Origin: Minisyncoccota bacterium
Lineage (GTDB): Bacteria; Patescibacteriota; Minisyncoccia; Phycocordibacterales; JBAYLF01
DNA length: 64,000 bases
Direction: 5' to 3'
Assembly: GCA_041664205.1 (NCBI GenBank)
Contig: JBAYLF010000001.1
Coordinates: forward strand, 3,380 to 67,379
Shown here in pieces: positions 1 to 9,945 of the stretch. The stretch's first letter is position 1; every line of letters begins with the position of its first letter. Below the pieces are notes generated by a model. The model searched no databases. It was not told where the DNA came from and saw nothing but the letters and a program-made list of their open reading frames with translations. Made by a program: the position numbers and the translations under genes.

Positions 1-123
1 TTTCCCAGTGTTATAACGTAAAATAACTACATTAAGAAAACTTCCAATTATAATACCGAATAAGAATACAAAGGTGGAAAAATAATAAAACATAAATTAA
101 TTAAATTTAAAATACAAGTTCTG

Positions 124-639
124 CTATCGTTTCTTGTCATAGCAATACTTACCCTTATCAGAAGCATTGCATGGTTGATTACTTGCACCATCAAAATCAG
201 CTCCACCCGCACAGGCTGTTTCAGCTCCAGCATTATCACCACTCATATTTGCTGCGGCTTCAAGAGAAGCGCCTATATGATATCGTGTGCAAAGACCAGT
301 AGACCCGACAACTCCACTATAAGAATAATTTCCTCCGAGTGGATCATTTGGAATAGAGCCTATATAATTTGGAACAAGCGATGCTACTAAATCACTATAT
401 GCCGCAGGGTATCTTCCATTATTAGCAAAATAAAATTCCAACGCCACAGAAATATTACTGACATCTGATACTCTTTTAGCGTCGCGAGATTTCATTCTTG
501 CAGCACTAGCACTTGCAATAATAATAGAGGAAAGAATACCGATAATAGTGATAGCAACCAAAAGCTCTATAAGAGTAAAACCTTGCCTATGCAAGCAAGT
601 CGCTTCAAATTTTTGTTTATTTATTTTTAAAAGTTTCAT
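124..639 (-). CDS. Type IV pilin-like protein (prepilin N-terminal cleavage/methylation motif G|FTLIELLVAITIIGIL). An in-frame TTG at about 594 would give a canonical 5-aa leader MHRQG
   Basis: GFTLIELL + hydrophobic helix motif; last gene of the co-directional pilus operon. ATG at 639 gives an atypically long 20-aa leader. Confidence 0.7.
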   Translation of the reverse strand: MKLLKINKQKFEATCLHRQGFTLIELLVAITIIGILSSIIIASASAARMKSRDAKRVSDVSNISVALEFYFANNGRYPAAYSDLVASLVPNYIGSIPNDPLGGNYSYSGVVGSTGLCTRYHIGASLEAAANMSGDNAGAETACAGGADFDGASNQPCNASDKGKYCYDKKR

Positions 640-667
640 TTAAAATTTTTATAAATTTCTAATTCAT

Positions 668-830
668 TAGACCTCTTGCACAACCTCAATTTCGTTTATT
701 TTCTGAAAATTTCGGCTGCAAACTTTCAAAAAAGCCTCGTCTCTATGCTATAGAGCCTTGCGTTTTTTTGAAAAGTTTTCGCTCGAAATTTTCAGAAACT
801 AATTCGAAAGCAGATTATGCAAGAGGTCTA
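668..830. repeat. About 163-bp imperfect palindrome (MITE-like) with 13-bp perfect terminal inverted repeats TAGACCTCTTGCA / TGCAAGAGGTCTA, lying between two pilin genes
   Basis: Read directly: the two arms are reverse complements over most of their length (ttctgaaaatttcg..caaactttcaaaaaagc vs gcgtttttttgaaaagttt..cgaaattttcagaa). Confidence 0.5.
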
Positions 831-909
831 TTTTAATTATAACATTTTAAAAAACAAAATACCCAACACCATTGCTGATGTTGGGATATTTTGAAATCTA
901 AAAATTAGA

Positions 910-1380
910 TTATGAACATATTCCCGCTGCTGCTGTGCCTGCCTTATTCCAACCTTGGTTATCAACACACCATGAACCAGTTCCCTTTAAAAGAGATACT
1001 GAAACTGCCCATTTCTGGCCAGCTGCATCGGTGTTACATACCATAGTTGCGCTTGAAGCTGCATTTGTTCCTGCTTGATCAAGAGCTCGGCTTACAGCTG
1101 CGTCAGCAAACACTGAGCCTGCTGTTCTGTTGCCAGCTGTTTTACAATCTGCAATAGTTACAGCTGTTGAACCATCAACATTGTATCTATTACTATTGTT
1201 GTCGTAAAAGATTTCTGCTTGTGTTCTTATACCTGAAAGGTTAGCTCTTACAGAAGCGTCAGCTCCTTTTGTTCTTGCTGAGTTTAAGTTAGCAACAACA
1301 ACTGCTGAAAGAATACCAATGATAGCGATAACTACCAAAAGTTCAATAAGAGTAAAACCTCGTGACATTTTCTTTATCAT
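910..1380 (-). CDS. Type IV pilin (major pilin candidate), start taken at MIKKMSRG|FTLIELLVVIAIIGIL. The ORF-track start at 1458 is probably an upstream over-extension
   Basis: Class III signal motif. C-terminal region DGQKWA..SWCVD..GWNK..GICS is shared with the next pilin, so the two are paralogues. Confidence 0.75.
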   Translation of the reverse strand: MIKKMSRGFTLIELLVVIAIIGILSAVVVANLNSARTKGADASVRANLSGIRTQAEIFYDNNSNRYNVDGSTAVTIADCKTAGNRTAGSVFADAAVSRALDQAGTNAASSATMVCNTDAAGQKWAVSVSLLKGTGSWCVDNQGWNKAGTAAAGICS

Positions 1381-1612
1381 TTGTTTTTTTAAATTATTTG
1401 CAAATAATTTAATATTAAATCGACCGTTATCATTCCTTATTAAGAATGATAAGTGCACGTAGTCATTATATCAAAAAATTCTAAAGAATATGTGGATAAA
1501 ACTAAGTATATGTGGATAAATTGTATATAAATACTGAATATAAAAACAAAACATTCACTAAGTCTATAGTGAATGTTTTAAATCTATATTTTAATCTAGA
1601 AATTTTAGATTA

Positions 1613-2077
1613 TTACTCAGAACATATTCCATTTGCCGCTATACCCGTTTTGTTCCACCCAGAACTATCAACGCACCATGAGGCTTCTGATGCATCCTTA
1701 AGCGGTGAAATTGACGAGGCCCACTTTTGTCCGTCAGTGCTTGTGTTGCAAACTTGAGTTGGACTAGCACCAGCATTAGTAAGTGCATTCTCCAATGCGC
1801 GCGCAACTAGAGGGTTAGTAAAAACACTTTTGCCATTTGCATCTACGCTCGTGCAATCAGAAATATCAAGACCGTAAGTATTTTCATTGTCATCGTAATA
1901 AATTCCTGCTTGAGATCTTATAGCAGTGAGATTTTCTTTTACAGCAGCATTTGATCCTTTTGATCGTAAGTTACTGATATCTGGAACTATGATCGCTGTG
2001 AGAATGCCGATAATCGCAATAACAACCAAAAGTTCGATAAGAGTAAAACCTTGTGATATTAATTTTTTATTTTTCAT
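1613..2077 (-). CDS. Type IV pilin paralogue (MKNKKLISQG|FTLIELLVVIAIIGIL)
   Basis: Same N-terminal motif and conserved C-terminal Cys pair as the 910-1380 pilin. Confidence 0.75.
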   Translation of the reverse strand: MKNKKLISQGFTLIELLVVIAIIGILTAIIVPDISNLRSKGSNAAVKENLTAIRSQAGIYYDDNENTYGLDISDCTSVDANGKSVFTNPLVARALENALTNAGASPTQVCNTSTDGQKWASSISPLKDASEASWCVDSSGWNKTGIAANGICSE

Positions 2078-2100
2078 AATATATAAATTAAATTTTTAAA

Positions 2101-3309
2101 TTACATTCCTGCAGAAATATTATAAATAGGAATAAGAACAGATGCAAGTAAAATTCCAACACCTAATCCTAAAGATACAATCATAACTGGTTCAATAAGA
2201 TCAACAAGAGTGTCTACGGCGTTCATAACTTCACGCTGATAAAAATTTGCAAGAGTGTGAAGTATACTTCCGAGTTCAGCAGTCTCCTCTCCGACTTTGA
2301 CCATCTGAACCATAATTGAAGGAATTTCCGGATACCTAGCAAGTGAGTTTGAAAGCGAGCTTCCTCCTTTTACAGCATTAAGAGTGTCTCTTAAAATTCC
2401 CTTATAAATATCATTATCGACTACAGCTAATGTAATTTCGAGAGCCCGCACCATAGAAATACCGCTAATAAGCATCGTGTTCATGTTGTCCGCAATTCTT
2501 GATAGATAAAGTTTTCTGTATAATGACCCAACATAAGGAATTGATATTTTAAAACGATCGAACATTACATGACCCGCTTCAGTTCTGATAAATCGATAAA
2601 GAAAAAATCCTCCAACTATAACAAGAATTAGTAAAAACACTCCGTAATCTACGAAAAAATTACTGAGCATAATAACAACTTTCGTATAAAAAGGAACCGC
2701 TTGTCCTGATTCAAGCAAGATTGCGCTAATTTTAGGAATAACAAGAGTAAGCATTAATACCATAACAGTAACGAATGTAAAAATAATGAAAGCTGGATAG
2801 ATTAATGCGTTTTTTGCTTTTGTTACGATTTCGTATGATCTATCAAGATAATCAGCTAGATATTTAAATATTTCGTCGAGTTTTCCTGACTCTTCTCCAG
2901 AAGCAACCATGTTTACGTAAAATTCAGAAAAAACTTTAGGGTGCTTGCTGAGCGCTTTACTTATTGAACTTCCACCTTGAAGATCATCAGAAACTTCGCT
3001 TAATGTCTTTCGTAATAAAACATTTTCTGATTCATTTGCAAGAAGCCTAAATATTCTAAGTGCAGAAACTTGAGCTTGAAACAAAGTCGCCATCTGACGA
3101 GAAAGAATAACTACGTCTTTGTTAGATACTCTGTTTAAAAAAGAAATGTTGGTCTTAAGTAACGAAAATTCTGATTCAGCATTAGCGATATGAGAAATAA
3201 TAAAACCTCGTCGCTGAAGCGATCCTATTGCAACATCGACATTTACTGCTTCTATGGAACCTTTTTGTTCAGCACCTGTTCCATCAATAGCTGTGTAATT
3301 AAATAACAT
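2101..3309 (-). CDS. pilC: Type IV pilus assembly platform protein PilC (GspF family)
   Basis: About 400 aa, duplicated T2SS-F domain architecture with three TM segments and a typical GspF-like C-terminus (IPIYNISAGM). Confidence 0.85.
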   Translation of the reverse strand: MLFNYTAIDGTGAEQKGSIEAVNVDVAIGSLQRRGFIISHIANAESEFSLLKTNISFLNRVSNKDVVILSRQMATLFQAQVSALRIFRLLANESENVLLRKTLSEVSDDLQGGSSISKALSKHPKVFSEFYVNMVASGEESGKLDEIFKYLADYLDRSYEIVTKAKNALIYPAFIIFTFVTVMVLMLTLVIPKISAILLESGQAVPFYTKVVIMLSNFFVDYGVFLLILVIVGGFFLYRFIRTEAGHVMFDRFKISIPYVGSLYRKLYLSRIADNMNTMLISGISMVRALEITLAVVDNDIYKGILRDTLNAVKGGSSLSNSLARYPEIPSIMVQMVKVGEETAELGSILHTLANFYQREVMNAVDTLVDLIEPVMIVSLGLGVGILLASVLIPIYNISAGM

Positions 3310-3351
3310 GGTATTTATTCAAAAAATTTTCTAATTTACTAATTTATTTTT

Positions 3352-3473
3352 AGAAATTTTATATTCGGATGCAGTTCGAGGCGCGAGCGAGGAGCGAACC
3401 GAGCAATACTCTGAGTATTGTGAGGGAGCACCGGAGCTCGCAACGAAGAAATGCGCCGAATATAAAATTTCTA
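3352..3473. repeat. GC-rich MITE-like element, family 2 (TIR agaaattttatattcgg / ccgaatataaaatttct, core gagcaatactctgagtattgtgagggagcaccg). Fills the pilC-pilT intergenic gap exactly
   Basis: Terminal inverted repeats read directly; the homologous core is shared with the element at 24227-24397. Confidence 0.5.
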
Positions 3474-4535
3474 CTATATTAATTTTTCAAGTGTCTTCGA
3501 GTTCAATGAATACTGATAAGCATTTTCAATGGTTATCTCTCCGTCTCTAACAAGATCGGCAAGCATTCTGTTCATATCTATCATGCCAGATTCCATACCG
3601 GTTTCAATAACAGTATTTATTTCATGAGTTCTTTTTTCGCGAATAAGATTTGAAACTGCGTTATTATTAATCAAAAGTTCATAAGCTGGAATTAAGCCAC
3701 CAGAAATGCGAGGAATAAGTCTTTGAGAAAATACTCCGGCCAAGCTTCCTGCTAATTGAATACGAATCTGATCCTGCTGTGATGGTGGAAATGAGTCTAT
3801 GATACGATCAATAGTCTGCGCAGCATTGTTTGTATGAAGTGTAGATAAAACAAGGTGACCCGTTTCAGCAGCCGTTACAGCAGAAGCTATTGTCTCTAAT
3901 CCTCTCATTTCTCCAACCATTATCACGTCTACGTCTTCACGAAAAACGCTTATAAGAGCGCGGTGAAAACTGCTGGTATCGAGCCTGACCTCTCTTTGAT
4001 CTATGATTGATCTTTTTTGTTCATACACATATTCGATAGGATCTTCAATTGTAACTATATGCTCTGCTCTTTCACTATTAATAAGGTCAATCATTGATGC
4101 AAGCGTAGTAGTTTTACCTTGTCCTACAGGACCCACAACCAAGAAAAATCCCTGTTGCTTTCTTGCAAAAGTTTCAAGAACTGGTGGAAGGTTAAGAGAT
4201 GCGAGAGATTTTATATCTTTCGGAATAAGACGAAGTGCAACGCTTACGCTGCCTTGCTGAAAAAAACCATTTCCTCTAAATCTAAATTTATCCTGATAGT
4301 TGTAAGAAAAATCAATTTCCTTTTCTCTTTTAAAAAGTTCCAAATTTTCAGGAGTTAAAAGCACATTTAAAAATCCTTCGCTATCTTTTTTTGATACAAC
4401 ATCTTTTTTTATTAACGGTATCAAAACTCCAGCAACACGAATTGTTGGATGTCTTCCTTCAGATATATGCAAGTCTGAAGCAGCATTTTTAAAAACTGTA
4501 TCTATTAATTCTTCTAATTGCGCTTTGTAATCCAT
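3474..4535 (-). CDS. pilT: Twitching-motility retraction ATPase PilT
   Basis: Walker A GPVGQGKTTT, Asp/His boxes, and a PilT-type AIRNLIRE-like motif (AVSNLIREKR). 353 aa. Confidence 0.85.
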   Translation of the reverse strand: MDYKAQLEELIDTVFKNAASDLHISEGRHPTIRVAGVLIPLIKKDVVSKKDSEGFLNVLLTPENLELFKREKEIDFSYNYQDKFRFRGNGFFQQGSVSVALRLIPKDIKSLASLNLPPVLETFARKQQGFFLVVGPVGQGKTTTLASMIDLINSERAEHIVTIEDPIEYVYEQKRSIIDQREVRLDTSSFHRALISVFREDVDVIMVGEMRGLETIASAVTAAETGHLVLSTLHTNNAAQTIDRIIDSFPPSQQDQIRIQLAGSLAGVFSQRLIPRISGGLIPAYELLINNNAVSNLIREKRTHEINTVIETGMESGMIDMNRMLADLVRDGEITIENAYQYSLNSKTLEKLI

Positions 4536-4563
4536 TTTTTATTTATTAATAAATTAATTAAAA

Positions 4564-4995
4564 TTATTTTTTACTCTCATTAATTATTCTTGTAACCTGT
4601 TCTACAACTTCAGAAGGTATAGTGCTAGCTTTAACTATGTAAGCTTTAACTCCAAGTGATTTTGCTTTATCAAAATCAGAATTCTGACTTTGATTAGAAA
4701 GTACGACTACAGGCACATTTTCGATAAGCTTCTTTTTACGCACTTCTTCAATTGTTTCCAATCCACTCATGCCAGGCATAACAACATCGATTACAACAAC
4801 ATCGGGAACATATCCTCCTTCTAGTTTTTTGATCATATCTGCACCATTTGTGGCAAATTCAATAACTGCTCCGTTTTTTGTAAACTTCAACGCATACATA
4901 TCTAGAAGAAATTTATCATCATCGATTAGAAAAACTTTATACTTTGGATTTGTTTCATTCATATTGATAATTATATCACATTGATAATCCACCAA
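4564..4995 (-). CDS. CheY-like response regulator receiver protein (single REC domain). Start may be the internal ATG at 4962 (MNETNPKYKVFLIDDD)
   Basis: Acidic pocket DDD, phospho-acceptor context VVIDVVMPGMSG, conserved Lys (VKAYIVKA). Embedded between pilB and pilT. Confidence 0.7.
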   Translation of the reverse strand: MVDYQCDIIINMNETNPKYKVFLIDDDKFLLDMYALKFTKNGAVIEFATNGADMIKKLEGGYVPDVVVIDVVMPGMSGLETIEEVRKKKLIENVPVVVLSNQSQNSDFDKAKSLGVKAYIVKASTIPSEVVEQVTRIINESKK

Positions 4996-5023
4996 AAGCT
5001 TCTAATGTGTATTTGAACACCAA

Positions 5024-6751
5024 TTACAGTGCGTTAACTTCCTGAAATGGAATTTCACCCTTCAGTGCTTTTATATATGCGTCTTCTTTCATTGTTATCA
5101 AACCATTTTTTCTAACAACTTTCATAATTTCTACTTCTGTAGGATTTTTCAAAATAACTGATTGTAATTCCGTATTCATTTTAAAAACTTCAAACACACC
5201 AATTCTTCCGCGAAGCCCTGTAGGACATTCGGATGAAGGGACCGGCTCATATACGTCACTTACCTCAGGAATTTCGCTTTTAAACTCAGATGGCAAATCT
5301 TCAAATTCTTTTTCAATGATTGTTTTTATTGTAGGTCGTAATGATTCTATTGGTTTTCCAGAACCAGCTGGACTTATTTTTCTAACTAAACGTTGCGCAA
5401 TAGCAAGTATTAAAGTTGGAGCAATAAGATATGGATCAACGCCCATATCCACAAGACGTGGAACAACTCCCATGGAGTTGTTTGTGTGAATTGTTGAAAA
5501 AACAAGGTGACCTGTAAGAGCTGCTTGAACTGCGAGTTGAGCAGTTTCTTTATCTCGAATCTCTCCAACCATTATGATGTCTGGATCCTGACGTAATGTC
5601 GTGCGAAGACCTGAAGCAAATGTATAGCCAATCTCCGGATGAACCTGTGACTGGTTCATACCATCAATGTTATATTCGATAGGATCTTCGAGACTAAGCA
5701 CGTTATCAGTTTCCCTATCAACTTCATTTAACATTGCATATAAAGTTGTTGTTTTTCCTGATCCTGTAGGGCCTGAGATAAGAATTAATCCATAAGGTCT
5801 ATCAATACCCTCGCGAATCATTGCAAGATTTCTAGGTGTCAAACCCATTTCATCAAGAGGACGAACTCCTTTTTCTTGGTCAAGAATTCTCATCACAACT
5901 TTTTCTCCATAATATGCAGGAAAAGTAGAAACACGAAAATCAATCTTTCGATCAGCGATACGTGCACTGAAGCGACCGTCTTGTGGCTTTCGCTTTTCAT
6001 CAAGCTTCATATTGGAAAGAATTTTTATACGAGCAACCATGGCAGAATGAACTTTCGCTGGAAGAACTAGGCTTGTTTGTAGAACTCCATCGATCCTAAA
6101 TCGAACGCGTATTTTGTCCTTTAAGCTTTCAATGTGAACGTCGGAAGCATTGGCTTCAACTGCATAATGAAGCACAGTTGCGACAATCTTTGTAACTGGA
6201 GCTTCCTCAATTATTTTTGTTTCGCCAGGCGCAATTTTATATGACTCATCTCTCTGTTTTTTAATTTCTTCTTCTTCTTCTGTAAGTTCACTTTCCAGCT
6301 CTGTAATAGCTCTGTTCACCTCTCCAGTAAGACCCTTATACATAGCTAAAACTTTCTCAAAATCTTTTTGAGAAATTACAAATATTTTATAAGGTATATT
6401 TATTTTTTCAGAAATAAAGTTAAGAGCATCACGTGCTTCAATATTATCTGGATCCACAAGACCAACTTCTAAAATACCTTCAGCAACTCCAAGAGGCACG
6501 AGCTTATAATGATTGGCTGACTCTTCTGGTATGTATTGTAAAACTTCAGAAGGAATAGCTTTGTCTTCAACGATTTTTTTTGGTATTCCTAAATACTCGC
6601 TTTTTGCATCTACAATACTTTCTGGACTAACGCCCTTTGCTTCTAATAAGACTTCGACATTATTTTCACCACTTTTAACAGCTTCAGTGATAGTATTAAG
6701 ATCACTTTCGCTGATAATATTTTTTTTAGCTAAAATTTCAAGAAAACTCAT
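5024..6751 (-). CDS. pilB: Type IV pilus extension ATPase PilB (GspE family)
   Basis: N-terminal GSPII_E_N-like region, Walker A GPTGSGKTTT, 575 aa. Confidence 0.85.
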   Translation of the reverse strand: MSFLEILAKKNIISESDLNTITEAVKSGENNVEVLLEAKGVSPESIVDAKSEYLGIPKKIVEDKAIPSEVLQYIPEESANHYKLVPLGVAEGILEVGLVDPDNIEARDALNFISEKINIPYKIFVISQKDFEKVLAMYKGLTGEVNRAITELESELTEEEEEIKKQRDESYKIAPGETKIIEEAPVTKIVATVLHYAVEANASDVHIESLKDKIRVRFRIDGVLQTSLVLPAKVHSAMVARIKILSNMKLDEKRKPQDGRFSARIADRKIDFRVSTFPAYYGEKVVMRILDQEKGVRPLDEMGLTPRNLAMIREGIDRPYGLILISGPTGSGKTTTLYAMLNEVDRETDNVLSLEDPIEYNIDGMNQSQVHPEIGYTFASGLRTTLRQDPDIIMVGEIRDKETAQLAVQAALTGHLVFSTIHTNNSMGVVPRLVDMGVDPYLIAPTLILAIAQRLVRKISPAGSGKPIESLRPTIKTIIEKEFEDLPSEFKSEIPEVSDVYEPVPSSECPTGLRGRIGVFEVFKMNTELQSVILKNPTEVEIMKVVRKNGLITMKEDAYIKALKGEIPFQEVNAL

Positions 6752-6878
6752 AAATAAAAAAATAACACTTACGCATGTAACCTTATAGTATAATTAATTC
6801 GATCAATTTGTTTTTTAATCAGAGTTGTAACTGTTTCAAGCGTAGTGTTACATACTATTTGTGTTACATTTCAAACTT

Positions 6879-7274
6879 TTAATTAAAATTTAAATTTTGC
6901 TGATTTTTCGGTGCAGTAGAAGGTGCGCTTAAGCTCGCCGTAGAAGGGGCTATCGCTTCACCTTGACCTATAGGTAAGAATGGATTCCTTCTTCCTACAG
7001 GTTGATCAGGAATAGTTACACTAAAGTCAGACAAGCTCATAAATATTTCGCTTTGAAAAATAGAAGTATCAAGAGATATTTTACTTAGATTGTTTAATTG
7101 GGAAAGAATTTCCTGACCTTCGGCTATTTGAGATTGATCCGTCTGATTTTGAGAAACTAATAAATCGGAACTTGAAGCATCTTTTTTAGGAAAAAAATAA
7201 AGATAAGCCATAAATAAAATAATAACGGCAACCACTCCTATTATTAAATTCTTAAATTTTTTGATAAATTCCAT
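6879..7274 (-). CDS. Small single-pass membrane protein within the pilus operon (possible PilP-like or other accessory assembly protein, RRNPFLP motif)
   Basis: N-terminal TM helix; operon context only. Confidence 0.3.
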   Translation of the reverse strand: MEFIKKFKNLIIGVVAVIILFMAYLYFFPKKDASSSDLLVSQNQTDQSQIAEGQEILSQLNNLSKISLDTSIFQSEIFMSLSDFSVTIPDQPVGRRNPFLPIGQGEAIAPSTASLSAPSTAPKNQQNLNFN

Positions 7275-7321
7275 TTAATTATTTTTAGTATAAATTTTAT
7301 TTGAGTTTAAGAACTCTAATT

Positions 7322-7930
7322 TTAACTAACTGGCGTTATAACATTGGCTGCGGGTGTGTTACCAACATTACCTGAATTTAAATCGAGCCAATAAGTTTGT
7401 ATCGTGACATTGTATTCATTCAAATTTTCTTTTGATGATTTAAATGATATTGAACTAATATCTGACAATCTTAGACTGCCTTCCATGTCTTTAAGAAAAG
7501 CTAAAAAATTATCATATGAAGCAGCTACAATAAAACTTAATTTGATCGAATTCAAACCATTTTCTTCTAAAATAGGTTGTGTAATAGCGCCTGCCTTCTG
7601 AGTTGTTCCTGTATTTTTTGCAAAAACAATTTTCTTGATAGTCATTCCGTATCTATGAGCAATGCTATCGATATCATTAACAAGCTTAACATTATCAACA
7701 TTGTTAGGTAATAACTTATCAAGTCGATCAAGCTGATCTTGAGAAATAGTGTTATATTTTTTCATGAGTTCATTTCTAACATTCCTTAATTTTGTCGCAT
7801 TAGCTAAAGCATCACTATACTTTTGATTTTCCACGGTTAAAGATTTAACATCCTGATATGTCGGATTTAATACTCCAAAGAAAAGCGCTATAGCCCCTCC
7901 GAGAAATATAATTGGTAAAAAATTTTTCAT
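7322..7930 (-). CDS. PilO-like pilus assembly protein
   Basis: N-terminal TM + coiled-coil + C-terminal domain, about 200 aa, positioned after the pilN-like gene. Confidence 0.5.
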   Translation of the reverse strand: MKNFLPIIFLGGAIALFFGVLNPTYQDVKSLTVENQKYSDALANATKLRNVRNELMKKYNTISQDQLDRLDKLLPNNVDNVKLVNDIDSIAHRYGMTIKKIVFAKNTGTTQKAGAITQPILEENGLNSIKLSFIVAASYDNFLAFLKDMEGSLRLSDISSISFKSSKENLNEYNVTIQTYWLDLNSGNVGNTPAANVITPVS

Positions 7931-7948
7931 AAAATAATTGTGATTGTT

Positions 7949-8623
7949 TTAATTAGCAGGTGCTGATACTGGTAATGATAGTGTGTTTGTTCCAGCGTCA
8001 TTAGCATTATCAGCATCCATATCATTCACCTTAGATAATGAAAGTAAATGTTCATAAGAAACCAAAAGAGGATCGAGGGTAGAATTAAATGAAAATACAA
8101 CATTACCATTAGATCCTAAATCCAAATCAGAAACTATTGGACTTTTTATCATATTATTCTGTGCAAAAACATCTGACTGAAGAGCTATTGTGCTATAATC
8201 TCTCGCTTCACCTCTTAGAGATAATGATATGTTTCCATCGCCTATGCTTTCGTATCCCATTTCTGAAAACGAAACATTCTGTAGTGTTGATTTTTCTAGA
8301 ACATCAAAAATACTTGAAACAACTAAATGTCTTCTTAATAACTTCTTTGATAATTCAATTCTTTTATCTAGAACAATGAGTTGTTGAATTAATTCGGATG
8401 AGAATTCTGACTTAGCCTTAGCAATACTATCTTGAGCATCAGTAATTTGCTTATTTAGAACCCCCTTCCATAAAATCATTCCTCCAGAAACTACAAGAAT
8501 TGTTAGAAAAACAATAAGTGACAAAAATAAAAACAAACCAATACCGCCTTCTGAATTAACAGAGGTTCTTTTTTCTTCAATAGGCTTTTTAGGTATAAAA
8601 GATGTTTTAAAATTTTCTTCCAT
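7949..8623 (-). CDS. PilN-like pilus assembly protein
   Basis: Short cytoplasmic N-terminus, one TM helix, periplasmic domain; lies between pilM and the pilO-like gene. Confidence 0.5.
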   Translation of the reverse strand: MEENFKTSFIPKKPIEEKRTSVNSEGGIGLFLFLSLIVFLTILVVSGGMILWKGVLNKQITDAQDSIAKAKSEFSSELIQQLIVLDKRIELSKKLLRRHLVVSSIFDVLEKSTLQNVSFSEMGYESIGDGNISLSLRGEARDYSTIALQSDVFAQNNMIKSPIVSDLDLGSNGNVVFSFNSTLDPLLVSYEHLLSLSKVNDMDADNANDAGTNTLSLPVSAPAN

Positions 8624-8688
8624 TTAGTTATATTATATTACGAAAAAACAAAGTATTATAGGCAACTATCCACAGTCTTGATAGTCAG

Positions 8689-9822
8689 CTACTCGAATTC
8701 TTGTAGCTTTCGCAATGCAATACCAACAGCAACAGAAAACTCAGGGCCAGTAAGCCTTAAAATCTCCTCCAAGAACGCTGGTGTTTCAACTTTTGCAAAA
8801 GGATTACCTAAAACTGCATCTGTTTCAAATCCGCTTTTAGAAAATTCTAACAAACCATTAAGAGCGACGCCTCCTCCTGTAAGAATAGTTTTGAGGATCA
8901 TCTTATTATATTTTTTTTGATAATTTAAAATAAAACTATTTGTTTCAGAAAATATATAATCGAGAGTAAGTAATATAACGTCCTTAACATCCTTATCGTT
9001 TATTTTTTGATTTGGAGCATATGCTCTTTTTATCTTTTCTGCCTTATCAACAGGAACATTTAGCGCGCTCGCAATATTTAAAGTTATGTCTTGAGATCCT
9101 CGATTTATAAGGTGAGAATTTTTTATAACACCTTTCTCAACAACATAAAGTTTTGTTGTTGCTGCTCCCATATCGAATATCATTACTGGTGATTGTTCAT
9201 TTTCTAGAACTGCACGCATTGCTGAAAACATTTCTATCTCAAAAAAACTCGCGTGAAGAGAAGACTTAGTAACAATATCTTGGTAAGTGTTCAAAACAGA
9301 GTTATGAATCGCAACAACTAAAACTGTCGTCTTCTTATCTTTATCGACTTCATTGTCTACAGGCTCGCCTTCAAACTGAACTTCCTGATCATATTCTTTT
9401 GGGAGTATTGTCCAATCAAGACTTACTTCTGAAATAGGAACTGGAATATATTTTCTTGCCTCAAGTGGAATCATTTCAGCAAGTTTTTTTTGATCCAGTG
9501 TTGGTATATCTATAAGAGTCACTAGACTTGAACGGAAAGGGATTGATATCGCACAATTCTTAGTAGTAACATTGGCCTCTTTCATCAGGTCTAATAACGC
9601 TTCAGCGATTTTATCAGAAGAAAGATTTGTAGCTCTACCAACTTCTAAGCCAGCATAAGGACCGAGAGCTAATGCGCCATAAGTTTCAAGAACGGCACGT
9701 CCTTTTTTTCTCTTTAGCTGAACAACCTTAATAGAAGATGATCCGAGGTCTATGCCTAAAACGCTAGTCTCATCTTTTTTAAAAGGATTAAATTTTAAAA
9801 TATTTTGTAAAATATCTGCCAT
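8689..9822 (-). CDS. pilM: Type IV pilus assembly ATPase-like protein PilM (actin/Hsp70 fold)
   Basis: VLGIDLGSSSIKVV phosphate-1 motif, about 377 aa, first gene of the operon. Confidence 0.75.
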   Translation of the reverse strand: MADILQNILKFNPFKKDETSVLGIDLGSSSIKVVQLKRKKGRAVLETYGALALGPYAGLEVGRATNLSSDKIAEALLDLMKEANVTTKNCAISIPFRSSLVTLIDIPTLDQKKLAEMIPLEARKYIPVPISEVSLDWTILPKEYDQEVQFEGEPVDNEVDKDKKTTVLVVAIHNSVLNTYQDIVTKSSLHASFFEIEMFSAMRAVLENEQSPVMIFDMGAATTKLYVVEKGVIKNSHLINRGSQDITLNIASALNVPVDKAEKIKRAYAPNQKINDKDVKDVILLTLDYIFSETNSFILNYQKKYNKMILKTILTGGGVALNGLLEFSKSGFETDAVLGNPFAKVETPAFLEEILRLTGPEFSVAVGIALRKLQEFE

Positions 9823-9945
9823 TATTTAGAATGTTATAGGCATATCTGCTATTTTATATATACGCAGATAGGCAAAACCAATTTATACATTTTTATTATA
9901 TCATACCAATAATGGTAAGATACCAACAATACACACATAAACACT

